Shown: positions 26,043-38,752, numbered from the stretch's first letter. The stretch: DNA of 64,000 nucleotides from Eledone cirrhosa (GCA_964016885.1 OZ024741.1:385392001-385456000), one strand, 5' to 3'. The notes: a model not told the origin generated them from the letters alone. A program made the numbers and translations.

Positions 26043-26518
26043 ACTATTTCAGCATGGACTATTAAGGAAAAAATGTTTTATGTACAGCATATACTTTTAT
26101 ATAAGCCAAGAAATATGTTATAAAACAAAATCAATGATAAAATGGGGTAGAAAGCCTTTAATATTTTTAATAAGATTCTCTGAGTATGAGGATGCTTGAA
26201 ATAAAGACTTATTGTTAACTGAATGTTTATTAGAACCTGTTGGATCTTTCACTGTTGTCACTGTAACTCTTAACATTCTGTAATGATTTAGCAGAAAATG
26301 AAAATATCTAAAAGCAGGTTTGTTAATTCAATTATTTATAATATCTTTACTGCTGGACATATTGTTGTAAAAAATTGCAGTTCTCGAGTAAAGACTTTAA
26401 TTTTTGCATAATAATAATATTACTATATCATTAATATTTGGTTCGTTTACAAGCTGACAGTCTCAATATGTCATGTGTTCAAGATAACTAACATCAGCCT
26501 TTTGTTCCAGAGAGGAAA

Positions 26519-26563
26519 ACAATCTACAATTGTTTCAGGGTTATTGCCCCTTATCAAGATTGT
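26519..26563 (-). ncRNA. Type-I minimal hammerhead motif with mutated core
   Basis: Minus strand reads ACAATC-TTGATAA-GGGG caataa CCCT-GAAA-CAATTG-TA-GATTGT: perfect stem I, palindromic stem III ACAATTGT, core two substitutions from CTGATGA. Confidence 0.65.
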
Positions 26564-26689
26564 GTATTCTCTCCCTTCTGCTACACTCTGGAACTGTTGA
26601 GAATATATAGTATTCTCTAACGTATACAACGGCTGATTATCCTAATTTGCATACAGAGTGATATTGTAATATTATTATTATTCACTTAT

Positions 26690-26880
26690 AAGGGCGGTAG
26701 ATTGGCAGTATCGGTAGAAGGTCGGACGCCATGCTTTCCAGCATAGTTACGTCCCTTTATGATCTGAGTTCAAATCCCGCCGAGGTTGACTTTGCCTTTC
26801 ATCCTTACGGGGTCGATAAAATAAAGTACCAGTAATGCACTGGGTAATTGCTGGCCTTGTGCCTAAAGTAGAAACAATTA
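26690..26880 (+). mobile_element. Second tRNA-headed SINE family (GACTTTGCCTTTCATCCTT..GGGGTCGATAAAA domain)
   Basis: B-box GAGTTCAAATCCC plus a conserved central domain; further copies at about 13115-13235, 18740-18925, 34810-34935, 42575-42685, 54845-54975, 57825-58020 and 58090-58195. Confidence 0.8.
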
Positions 26881-27412
26881 TTATTATTCACTTATGAATA
26901 CATTTACGTGTCTGCTATGTTAGAGCAAAAACAAATTTTGTTTTTAATTGGTATGCAAATTAGGCTAATCAGCCTAATAATATTATTACTATTCACTCAC
27001 GAATGCATTTACATATCCACCATGCTAGAACGTCATAGTGTTGTTCCATACTTTTTAAGATTGTCTCGTTAATGTGGTTTCATGTGGAACAGTGGGGTAC
27101 GAGTTAAAAAAACTACACTAAACATGATTAAATGCATAAATTAGTTGTTTTAATAAGATTATAATTTTGTGGGGGCAATTAATCCCCTCTTTAGAGAAGA
27201 ATGTAACATGGGTGACATTAGGAAGGGCATCCAGCTGTAGAAACCAAGCCAAAATACAGATCCATATCAGCAAGATTTGGTCTTCAGACCTGACTTGTCT
27301 CATAATGAGACAATCATCTAACCAATGCAAGCTGGAAAAATAGATGTTAAATGATGATGATGATGATCCATATTTGATTGAAAAGCAAATCAATCAAAGT
27401 GTGGTGCAGATG

Positions 27413-27445
<33 letters not shown>

Positions 27446-27624
27446 CTACCACCATCATCATTTTTTATATGTATATTTTATCATAGCACCAGTGAAATAG
27501 TGAAATTGTAAGGTATAAGCAATCCCCTCACCAGATTGTAAGGGAGAGGGTTTTCAAGAGGGTTTCAGAATATTCTGTGGAGCCACTCTAATTTATATAG
27601 AACATATTTCAGGAGGTTTATATC

Positions 27625-27657
27625 TTCTTCTTCTCCTTCTTCTTCTCCTTCTTCTTC

Positions 27658-27689
<32 letters not shown>

Positions 27690-27858
27690 CTTCTTCTTCT
27701 TCTCCTTCTTCTTCTTCAGAGAGTCATTGGGGGAGGGGGACAGAGTCCTGAAACACTCCTTCCAGTGGGTCCTGTCAGAAGCAACCATCTCCAATTGATC
27801 CGGCTAGATCCTCAAGCAAGACCAGCTGCGGTGTCTACCCCTGGGTCTTATGCCAGGT
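27625..27858 (-). mobile_element. 3' end of a third RTE-like family with (GAA)n tail
   Basis: PGIRPRGR...PDQLEMVASDRTHWKECFRTL followed by (GAA)n; homologous copy on + at about 62325-62528. Confidence 0.6.
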
Positions 27859-27916
27859 ATATATTATATTGTTGAGGTTGCACTATTGAAAAGTAGGGAA
27901 GCAATACCATCTAGAG

Positions 27917-30176
27917 CACAAGTTCTCAACCCATTTAGGCCAAACGCCCTCTTTTGTCCCTCAAAATCACGAAACGCCCCCCCCCCCCTCCTATTTTTCC
28001 ATTTTTCAATATACTACTGATTTTGATATCAGTATATTACTAAAAAATTGATTAACAATATTCCAAAGATACCATTGAAGGCAGCTGAGAGTATAAATAC
28101 ATTCCTTAAAAGGAAATATATAAATTTCAAAAAAAGGAACATAAATGTTCTTTTTTATGAATAAGGACCAGTTGAATTTGTTATATTCCCACCAGGCAAT
28201 ACCAACTATTTTGAACATTTATACAAGAGGAACTCTGTCTATCCCAAGAGTGCTCTTATCAAGAAGAAAGTGGCAATTATATCATTTCAAAGCTTTCCAA
28301 TTTTCCCTTTAATGAAACGGACAGAATAAATGTTGATATCTAACTTGATGTCCCCTCTGCTTTGTGAGCTTAGGGACCAAGGAAGAGGGATTTCATGACC
28401 ACGCGGGAGGGTATATTTATTAGTAAATGGTAAAATATATACAACAAATGAGTAAGTGAATTGTAGTAGATGGTTTCCAGTCCAGTCAGACTGCAACTAC
28501 AAAAAAAATTGTTAGTTTGTTTTGTAACAATAGCATATCCAAGTTTGCGGATAAATCAACTTTTTAACTTTGACTCATTTCAATGGGACCCTTGAGCTTC
28601 ATGGAGTCTAGCTAACTCTTTGACGTGAGGCTAAATTTTCCTAAGATTTAGCCAGAGATCTCCACGTGTAATTACATTGTAGCGGTTGCGAGCCTTACTG
28701 TGCAGTCTGGAAACAGCACCAAACCTCCTCTCGACTAAGTATGAGCTTGGTAAAGGCAGAGCAAATCTCTTAGCCTCTGCATGTAGGTGTGGAAATCAAC
28801 GCTGAATTTCCTCTTGCATCCAAAAAAGGGGTTCACCTATTTTGGGAAATCTAATTTTGATCATGTTATCTGCTTGAAGTTCAATGAATTCTTCCTGAAA
28901 TTTAACGTCCAAATCGTCAACGTTAGCTATGAAGGGATCTGCTATCCACATTGGGATGTCTATCGGCAAAAGGTCGATAAACCGTTCTCTCATGTTATCT
29001 TGTAGTGCACGGAGGTGAGTGGTATAAATTTGGAGTTGGTCATCGCTTACAATGTTTTGAACATTGGCGACACTAGGACAATTATAGAATTCCTGTCAAC
29101 AAAGATTCCTTTCGATGACATTCAATTTGGCCAGGAATGTTTTCACAGCATTCCTTGCTTTAAGCAAGGTGGTTTTCTTCTCCTGTAAAGCCAAAATGAC
29201 GCTATTGCATTTATCGAAGATGTTGGTGAGGTAGGCACAGTCTTGCCTCACATTGAGGGTTTTTTTTATACAGTTCTGTGTTGCGTCCTCAAAGAAACTC
29301 AATGATAGAGTCGAACAGTTCAAAGAAGTGAGTAAAGCACTTGCCCTTTGAAAGCCACCTCACTTCAGTATGAAGGAGCAACTTGACGAATTCTTCGTCA
29401 TTATCTTGGCACAGTTGCCGGAAAATTCGTTCATTGAGGGAATGCCGTTTGATAAAATTGATGACATCAATGGCCACCTGCAAGGACTTGCTCAGCGGCT
29501 TGCTGAGTTTCTTCGCAGCCAAGTGTTGTCGATGAATGACACAATGAACAGCAAATACAGATAGATTTTCTCTCTTCAGAAGAGTGATGAAGCCCTTATG
29601 GTGGCCTTGCGTCGTCCGTAGCACATGATACAATGTGTGTTGTATGCGGTCCTAGATGTATGTATTACCTGCCTGTGTGTTGTATGTAGTCCTAGATGTA
29701 TGTATTAACTGCTTATGTATTTCATGTGGTCCCAGCTGTATGTATTACCTGCTTGTGTGTTGTATGTGGTCCTAGATGTGTGTATTATCTGATTATGTGT
29801 TGTATGTGGTCCTAGATGTGTGTGCTACCCGCTTCTGTTTTTTCTCTTCTTTTTTTTTATTTGTAATATTATTTATACAATAAATAGGGAATGAAATAGA
29901 TCTACATAGTGTTAACTCGTTACTGTTGAGTCAATAATTTCAGACATGAAAAACATTGTTATCAGTGAAGGAAAGATAAGATTCTAACTGGCTGCACTCA
30001 AAGTGTCCTTGACACAGTTGACTGTGGATTTTTCCATTTTTAGGATCTCAATTACCGGACACACCTGCACACCTGCAGTCAAACTATAGTTATGCTGTCT
30101 GCAAGCTCATTCAAATGCATTCACACTGGCTGTCTCAAAGACATACAAATATGGCTTATAAAACTTACCAAAGTAT
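27917..30176 (-). mobile_element. hAT (Charlie/Buster-like) DNA transposon, deletion derivative, copy 1
   Basis: TIR CACAAGTTCTCAAC at 27917 preceded by ATCTAGAG (NTCTAGAN target); transposase pieces HCVIHRQHLAAK, LLHTEVRWLSKGK, LPSSYLVERR; 40-bp minisatellite; the other TIR is not seen. Confidence 0.9.
29636..29834. repeat. 40-bp minisatellite, 5 units, inside hAT copy 1
   Basis: Unit approximately TGTGTTGTATGTGGTCCTAGATGTGTGTATTACCTGCTTA. Confidence 0.95.
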
Positions 30177-30374
30177 AGATATGCCTTATGAATAATATAG
30201 TCCTTTTCATTCCCAAATGGCAAAACATTTATTTATTTATCCCTTGACAAAGAATGTGCTGAAAATCATAAATGAGATATTATGTAATTCTATTGCCAGG
30301 AGGTGCTATTAAGTTAGACATGGCCTGGGCCAATACTGGTCAAAACCTATCAAAGTTATCAAAGTAATATATAT

Positions 30375-31325
30375 AGAAATAGTGGACAGCTTCCGTTACC
30401 TGGGTGACAACATCAGCAGTGGGGGAGGATGCTCTGAAAGTACAGTAGCTAGAGTCAGAACGGGATGGAAAAAGTTCAGAGAGCTTATACCACTATTGGC
30501 CGCTAAAGGGTTCTCTCTAAAAATGAAAGGCAGGCTGTATGATGCCTGCATACGAACAGCAATGTTACATGGCAGTGAGACCTGGGCATTGTGTGCAGAG
30601 GATATACGCAGACTGGAGAGAAACGAAGCTTGCATGCTCCGCTGGGTGTGTAATATATGTGAACGGCAAAGCATAAACGAACTAAGGGAGAAATTAGGAA
30701 TAAGAGGGATCAGATGTTGTTTACTCGAGAGAAGACTACGTTGGTACGGTCACGTGATGCGCATGAAAGATGACAGCTGTATAAAAAAGTGCAGGGCGAT
30801 AAAAATAGACGGTAGCCACAGTGTAGGCAGACCCAGAAAAACCTGGGACGACTTGATAAATTCCGACCTCACACACTTACACCTCTCCAAGACAATGTCA
30901 CTGGACCGAGATCTTTGGCGCTACACAGTTATACAGAAGACCCGCCTTGCCTAAGTACAAAGCGAAACCTACAGTCAGTAGGCACCTCTAACAAAATACA
31001 CCCCCGTCCCACTACCTCCACCACCACCACCCCCTTAAATGTGAAGTTATGTTGGTACCACAACATCCAGTCCAAAACAAATGAGGTCGTGTAGGTGTCA
31101 CGACAAAAAACACAGTCCACGCTGTAATGTGGCCGTGTAGGTAACACGGTAAAAACCTCCCAGTCCACACTGTAAACGCGTGGTTGGTGTTAGGAAGGGC
31201 ATCCAGCCGTAGAAAACCCGCCAGACAGTCCTGAGCAAGACAACCAATCTTGCCTCAAGTGGGACAATTCCCGTCCAGACCCATGCTAGCGTGGAAAATG
31301 GACGTTAAACGATGATGATGATGAT
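30375..31325 (+). mobile_element. 5'-truncated RTE LINE with full 3' UTR
   Basis: ORF 30382..30954 (DSFRYLG...GRPRKTW...KTRLA*), 3' UTR with ~41-bp repeats, GGACGTTAAAC(GAT)n. Confidence 0.92.
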
Positions 31326-31644
31326 ATATATCTATATATTATCGTAATACTTTATGAAATTTTGATTATATATATTTTCGTATATTTCCACCTTTAAGCA
31401 AAATTGTAAAAATATTTTTATAAAAAATTAAATATTCCTGAGACCGCCTGTATTGAAGTGTTTAAATTTAAATTTTGGATGGCAATATTATTTCATGAGA
31501 GAAAGTTGGAGGAGAAGACACCTTCATTCCTTCAGTTAAGGCTGACCATGGGTTTACACTTAAAAAGTTCCTCTCTAGTAAGACCAGCAGTAGCCCATAC
31601 ATACAAGTCTCTCACAAGCTTGGCAGCTCATTTTTTCCAGCTGG

Positions 31645-31920
31645 AGGCACGTGACCGAGTGGTAAGGGTATTACGATCATAATGTAGTGGGTTTGATACC
31701 TGGACTGGGTTGTGTTCTTGAGTAAAAGTAAAACACTTCATTTCACGCTGCTCCGGTATACTCAGCTGAAAACGAGCACCAGCAATAGCCGGTAGTTTAA
31801 ACCTGAGTGGACTGGCGTCTGTCCAGAGGGAAGTCTTGTACTCACAGTCGTTTAACGCCACAGAAACCGAGATAAGCACCAAACTGATAAGCCTCCTGGA
31901 TCGAGACAGACTTTAGACTT
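31645..31920 (+). mobile_element. tRNA/CORE-like SINE
   Basis: A-box TGACCGAGTGG, B-box GGTTTGATACC, TTCTTGAG..AAACACTT body; homolog at about 56725-56945. Confidence 0.7.
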
Positions 31921-32179
31921 TTAGGGTAACAAAATAAAGTGTATTGTTATACTTTGGGAGGGTCATGTTGCCAAAACGCTGCCCAGTCCAAGAATCGAAC
32001 TCATAACTTTACGATTGTGAGCCAACACTGTAACCATTGTTAGTTATAACCTCCAAACATCTCACTATTCTTCAATATTTTTAATTTTAAAACAGAAAGG
32101 TAACATAATTATATATTTTTTTAAATAGCCAAAGTAAACTTTTTGAAAGTTTTCTCCCTTTGAATGAAAAAACAAAATG

Positions 32180-32343
32180 GGTTTAATGACTCACAAAAGC
32201 TGCGTATATTGACTAATGACGTAGTACACACAAAATAATGACGATGTCATTGTAGCATGGGAGAGTGAATTATCGCGAGTCAGGTTCCAATGTAAGTGTT
32301 CCTGTCAACAGTTTTGTATCGCTGCTGGCTTTAAAATCACGAC
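32180..32343 (+). promoter_or_regulatory. Probable VPS37A promoter/5' UTR
   Basis: Non-repetitive, locally CpG-richer stretch directly upstream of the ATG, with TGACGTAG and TATCGCGA-type motifs. Positional inference only. Confidence 0.4.
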
Positions 32344-32438
32344 ATGAACTGGTTTGGTAAGACTAAAGCTGTTTCTACCACCAATTTACAAGCTCAGAAA
32401 AACAAACAGATTGAATCGCTGAAAAAAGTCAACCCCAA
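32344..32438 (+). CDS. VPS37A: VPS37A (ESCRT-I subunit) coding exon 1
   Basis: ATG at 32344 gives MNWFGKTKAVSTTNLQAQKNKQIESLKKVNP, resembling the vertebrate VPS37A N-terminus (MSWLF...LQQQKQRLIESL). Donor AA|gtaag at 32439, phase 2. Confidence 0.9.
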
Positions 32439-33985
32439 GTAAGATCCTTTTTTTTTTTCACTCATGTTTATATTTCCAACATGGAGATATACGCACATAT
32501 ATATATTTATTTATTTATTTCATCATCCTTGCGTTGTGATATATCCTTTTAAAACTACAACCAGGCTTGTCTTTTGTCATCTTCAGAGATCCAATAAACA
32601 CTGATCACTTTTCATTTCGCTGTTTATATTGAATAATTTCCATCTTTAGATGTTTGAAATGTCTTGTCACAACCTTATCGATAATTGTGTTTACATCCTG
32701 AGGCTGTTTTCGAGACTGGTTGAATGAACGATATATGGAGACCACCCAGAATTGGACTACAAAAATATTAATGGCATCATGTGTCGCTCTATATCTTCTT
32801 TATATTTGTTTGTGTTGACTGAAAATAACTTTAACATGATGTAATCCCGTTTATCTTCATGATGTCATTCACATCTACACCTCTTTATTTCTCCTCTCTC
32901 TCGCACCTTTCCTAAGCAACATGTAAAATACATTTATGTTGTTGTTGAGCCACGGAATAACCTTGATTGAGAAAGCTTGTAATCAAAGACAATCTCGTTT
33001 TTTATTTATGGGTTACTATACTGACATTATCCAATGTGTCCTTTTGAAGACAGTGGAGTGTGATTTGAGGAAAAATTGACTGCTCTTTCTAGCAAGTTAA
33101 ACCACCATATAGAAGTTCAATCGCTTGTTCGTTTATTTCGTCAGTGACCTGTTGTGTTTATTAATTAGCTTTACATCTCTTATTCTCGTTTTTTTATACA
33201 TGCAACCACAATTCTAAAATACATTTGTTCAAGCCCACGAACAAGTCTACGAGGTCGCCCGATCTGTTTGAAATAGCAGCCAAATCTCCCTCAAATGACA
33301 CCTGATGAAAATACACTTTAGATAGTGTGGTTTTACATAAAACAGGATTACAATGATGACTGTCTTTCATTCATAAATAGGTCTGCTCGGTCAGCGCTGT
33401 CCTAGGGTTAAACAACAATAACATCAAACCTGGTAACATGGAAACAGTGAGTGAGAGAGAGCCTGTACTTATTCGCTCGACCTGTTAGAAATAGATAGCT
33501 GCCAACAACACAACCTCCTAACATTTTCGTTGATGTGACATAACAGCTATTTCCGTGTTTAACGTGACATATATATTAAATTAAATTACTTTTCTTGTCA
33601 ACATTTCCCTGACAAGTTTATAATAGACTTAGTTCTATTCACTGAAAATACCGAATTCTCAATCTATTTAATAGATTCATTCTGATCACAAAATAGTATT
33701 TCTTTGTTTGAATGTATTCTATATAGGAACTTTAGGTATTTTATATATTTGAAGTATTTTTTTTATTTATTAAATATTTCATTTAGCAACATTACATTAA
33801 CAGCACCCTCCCTCTCTTCTCCACACACATACACGCATAAGGAATGCATTCAAAAGCAACGAGTTTTTTTGTTTTGTTTTTTTTTCAGTTAGTGTTGTTT
33901 TTTTTTACAAGCTAATTCTATTCTATTTACCTACATGTATTTAAAATAAATTATCAGTCTTTTACTAACGATATATATATGAACG

Positions 33986-34020
<35 letters not shown>

Positions 34021-34165
34021 GACAACTAAATACTCAGCTGATACTGAGTCGAAGTTAGGTCTGCTTTAGCAGCAGTTTTCCTCTCGTGTCTAACTGAGAT
34101 TTTCTCCGTCTGCTAAGCTCTTTCATTGTAATTTCCTCCAAACAAACTTGTCCTCCAGCTCTTTA

Positions 34166-34196
<31 letters not shown>

Positions 34197-35797
34197 GCCT
34201 GCCATGCAGTAAATAATAATACTTCGCCTTAACAATACCATTACCACCTTCTTATTGTTCCATCGCCCTACACCTCCTATTTCACATACTAGCTTTCATT
34301 TAATTATTTAAACATCAACAATTCCACAAACTATTAAGCATTAGTGTACTCGCTTGCATGACACATCATAGTCTTAGTTGAAATAATGCGATGAGGTAGT
34401 ACTGGTCGTGACTTTATTCACTTGAGAGTAGGTGACGAAGTGGTGGTGGTGGAAATACACTACAACGATTTTGAGAAAGAAACTAAGGTTGTTGTTTTTT
34501 TATACTCCTCTGGATATATAACAGCTGTTTTATACGATTACCTGAACAGGTTTGCAGAAACGGTGTGTTTTCTATGATGTTGTTACCTACCTATATAAAC
34601 TTAGGTGATCGCACGATCTAGCAGAATTATTCGTCAAATCCCCCTCAAACCATACCCTGTCGTCTTAAAAACAAAATTAGCTTGCCTCAAACATTTTTTA
34701 GAAGGCAATACTGGTGATGTGTGTTTACTTTTGGAAACACTGTGCACCCATGTCATTAGAATTATAAATAACAGAAATATTTAAATAAAGAAATAATAAA
34801 GATTTCTAATTTAGGCACAAGGGGAGAGGTAAGTCGATTAATTGGACCCCCAGCACTTAATTGGTATTTATTTGATCAACTCCGAAAGGGTGAAAGGCAA
34901 GATTGACCTCGATGGGATATGAACTGAGAATATAAAAATTCGGAACAAATGTTGACGCTCTAATCCTTTTATTAACCACAAGGTTGAATGATTTCAGGGT
35001 GTAATCTGAAATGATAGGGGCTAACGTATAATCGATTTCATATTGCCTCCACTCCTGGTAATCTGGACAGTATGTCAAGTTACTGGCAGGATAAGGTGAA
35101 TTAGGGCCAATCTGAAATAGCTACACTGACATTCCCACTTGTAGTGAGTAATTGAGTATGCATAATTTCCCATGTTCTTTTTTCTTTCTTTTCTATTCCT
35201 TCTGATTTTTTTCTTTGTTGTTCCTTTTGCAAATCATAAGCGCTACATAATCTAATATACACCATTTGTTTGTTGATAAAAACTGCGTATGTTTAAATAT
35301 ACACAAAAATAAATCAATAAACAATATATACTGGTAAAGAAATATTAATGGTGTGAATAGATCTGCTTGATCCGGACAGGCTTGGGGGTTGAATAACTCC
35401 TATAAACCTATACAGATACGTGTATACATAATATAAAGTAACACACCCAATGTTAATTAGGAAACTAGTTGCATTCTTTATGCTGTTTCATTAGAAAAGT
35501 TGGTTTCATTCTTTGTTGTCTCGTTTATTAGTCTCTCAGTTCTCGTCATCTCGGCTAGTTGTGGGTCATTTCTCTATAAAGGACACCATGTATTTGTACT
35601 TTCATCCGCACCCCCGCTATGGAATTTTAACGAGTTTCTTTTTAAATAATGAATGGGGAAGTATTATTAAAGAAAATGTAATTTGTGCTAGAGAAGGTTT
35701 ACAGTTCTTGAGGATTGGTTATAAAGGTTAATAAGTACCCAAGTATCCAACAGAACAAAGAATATAGTTAGCAGTAGCACTAACATAGCGTGATTCA

Positions 35798-35974
35798 TAA
35801 TAGAGGTGTATATGAAAGCATATACAATATGTTTATGTGTCATAAACATACATAAATCTCGCTATGGTACTTTAAGCTGTGACTGTGATCATAGCTTAAA
35901 ACAGCCATAGCGAGACTTATGTATGTTTATTATACATAAACATATTTTTTATGCTTTCATATACACCTCTATTA
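35798..35974. repeat. Long imperfect palindrome (about 85-bp arms) in VPS37A intron 1
   Basis: TAATAGAGGTGTATATGAAAGCATA... versus ...TATGCTTTCATATACACCTCTATTA. Confidence 0.9.
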
Positions 35975-37236
35975 AAGAATATAATATCACAGTCATAAAA
36001 CTAATTGCAGTTTCTTTTAAATATCATCTGGAACCACATAGTACATTATGCTATGTTACGATTGTTTTTGTTGTTTAGCTTCAAATCAACCCTGATCCTG
36101 CAAATATAGGATCAAAAGCGTTCCAGCTGTAAACAGTCATTTATTTTTTTATTTCATACCGTGTATTTAGAACTACATTATCCAATGTCATTCCCTTTTC
36201 AATGAAGATGTAGCTATTATTTCCAGCAGCTTATACCACTACGTAACCCCACCCCCAACGCTGTTTTGTCGGGTAATGACTAATAAATAAGATTGTATAA
36301 TGAAACAATCTGGGTTTTTTAAAGTAATATATTATGCTGTTGTGTTATTGTATGTACTAATTATATTTTAGCCCCAGGTTAGCCATGATCGAGTAGACCT
36401 ATGATCAGATAAGTTCCAGCGAAGACCATCACATCTTTTTTTTTTCCAGCCTGCAATCTTCAATGTGTCCTTTTTACATCTCCAAGAGGATGCTTTACAT
36501 TCATTCACCTTCGATGAACATATCCTTGCCAGGAGGTGTTGATGTCATTGGACGGTGTCCAATGTTTATTGGGTGTTTTGACCCTCAACCGTAACACCCA
36601 CTCATTGGTGTGTCAGCAGTGGTGGCCAAATTACTGCCCATCTTCGCCCCTTGGCTTCCAACTTATCTCCAAAGTCAATAAGAAGCCCTTTCCCATTAAA
36701 AGAATATATGGCATGATTTGATGGAAATTTTGCTGCTATTTCTAGCAGGTTGAGTAATCACATAAAGACTCCCATATACAGTTAATATGACTGGTGGTGA
36801 GAGCAAAAGTGAATTCTGTGAGGATTCATTATACATTTGATATTGCTATTTGTAAATAATAGTGTCTTTGTTTACAAGGTTCCAATGTGCTTATCACTGA
36901 TTCACTATTTCTGGTGGTGAGAGTGACTTGAAAGCCTGAGCCTATGTAACTTGGTGCAAGGAACTTAGTTCGAACAGCACTGTTTTTTTTTTGTTTTGTT
37001 TTTTCACTGATGTTTTACATATTTTGTCGATATAAAGTGAAAGATATACATACATATATCGTTTTCATATCAGCTTTTCCATATTGACGTGGGTTAGAAC
37101 AGGAATTTTTCAAGGCAGTGTTTTCACAGCTGGCTGCCTCACCTGACACCAACCCCTTATTAGATGCAGTGATATAGATATGTATGCATATACACATATA
37201 TACCCACAGCTATATACACATACACACACATATATA

Positions 37237-38512
37237 CAGGGTGTCCATAAAGTCTCTTTACAATTTAAAACATTTATTACAAAAACAAATGAAATTGTTA
37301 CAAAATGATAAGTAGATATTGAAGTTTTTAAAACTAATTTAACACACCTCTATATGGGCACCATTAGTTGCATGAAGCACATCAAGACGGTACTCAATTT
37401 CTTGCCCTGTTCGCTGTAGCATAGCCTCATCAATGGTGGCAATGGCATAAGTGATGTCCCGTATCTTTGTTCGATACATGATATCTTTAACATAAAGAAG
37501 TCCAGAGGAGTGATATCTGGTGAACTAGGTGACCAGGGAATTGGGCCATCCCGTCCAATCCACCGGTCTGGAAATGTTTGATTTAAGAACCCACAAACAT
37601 GCAGCCCTCAATGTGGTGGTGCACTATCTTGCTGAAAAATAATGGTGGTTGAAGGTCATTTAGTTGTGGTGCCACATATTCAGTCAAAAGGTCAAGTTAA
37701 ACATTTGCAGTAATTGATGTCTTGTTGAAGAAAAATGGACCAATGATTCGATTGCACATGATCTCACACCACACATTCACCTTTGGACTATCTCAGTGAA
37801 GTTCCCTAGTCACATGGTGTTCTGATCCCCAAATTCTTACATTATGTGTGTTCAGCTTTCCTGAAACATGAAAGGTGCCTCATCACTAAAACAAACTCAG
37901 ATGAGGAACGTTTCATCCTCAGAAATTTGTTCCAGCATGTTAACTGCAAACTCTTTTCATCTTGGTTTATCATTTGGCTCGAGCGCCTGTAAGAGTTGCA
38001 CATTGTAAGCGTACAATCACAAGTTCTTATGTAAGACCCTTTTGTACTGTTGAATGTGACAGCTGTAAGTGTCTGGCAGCAGTATGGATGGACTTTGTAG
38101 GAGAAAGGCTTGTCTTACACGATCGATGTTTTCCTCAGATGTTCTTGGTCGTTTACTCCTCCCGTTATCTGGCACTATCCCTGTCTCCACAAATTTATTG
38201 TGCCATGCACAAATTGATGGACATGTCGGTGGATCTCTTCCATACGTAGTTCTGTAGTTTCGCTGAGTCTGCGTATCCGATTTTGCTTCAATAAACCGTG
38301 ACACATTGTGCTTTTTCTTGAGGAGTAGTCATTTTTTAGGGGTTCCTTTAACAGTACCTGTTTCATCAACAGGATACCAGAAATGCACAAATGCAGTTTG
38401 ATTAAACACTTTGATAACTACTGAGTACATAGAACAAATCTGATTAAGATATCTCATCAATTGCTTTTTTAATATATTTTTTGAATTGTAAAGAGACTTT
38501 ATGGACACCCTG
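37237..38512 (-). mobile_element. Full-length Tc1/mariner transposon, DD41D (rosa-type), inactive
   Basis: TIRs CAGGGTGTCCATAAAGTCTCTTTACAATT at both ends, flanked by TA; transposase 38332 to 37339 starts MTTPQEKAQCV, has VFSDEA and FQQD-41 aa-PLD (WIGR..WSPSSPDITPLD); stops and frameshifts present. Confidence 0.93.
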
Positions 38513-38536
38513 TATATATATAACTGTACGTACATG

Positions 38537-38571
<35 letters not shown>

Positions 38572-38575
<4 letters not shown>

Positions 38576-38752
38576 GTAGGAACGAGGTGTCAAAGTATCA
38601 TTAAGTTTATTCAGATGTGACATGCCTTTTGCTATTGATCAGCTCATGTTTCGATCCGTATCAATCGGACCTTAAGCTGATGATCAATAGCAGAACGTGC
38701 GTCACACCTGAATAAACTTAATGATGATACTTGACACCTTGTTTCTACTTAT
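38572..38752. repeat. Long imperfect palindrome (about 70-bp arms) with a hammerhead-like centre
   Basis: ATAAGTAGGAACGAGGTGTCAA...TATTGATCAGCT versus AGCTGATGATCAATAG...TTGACACCTTGTTTCTACTTAT. Confidence 0.85.
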
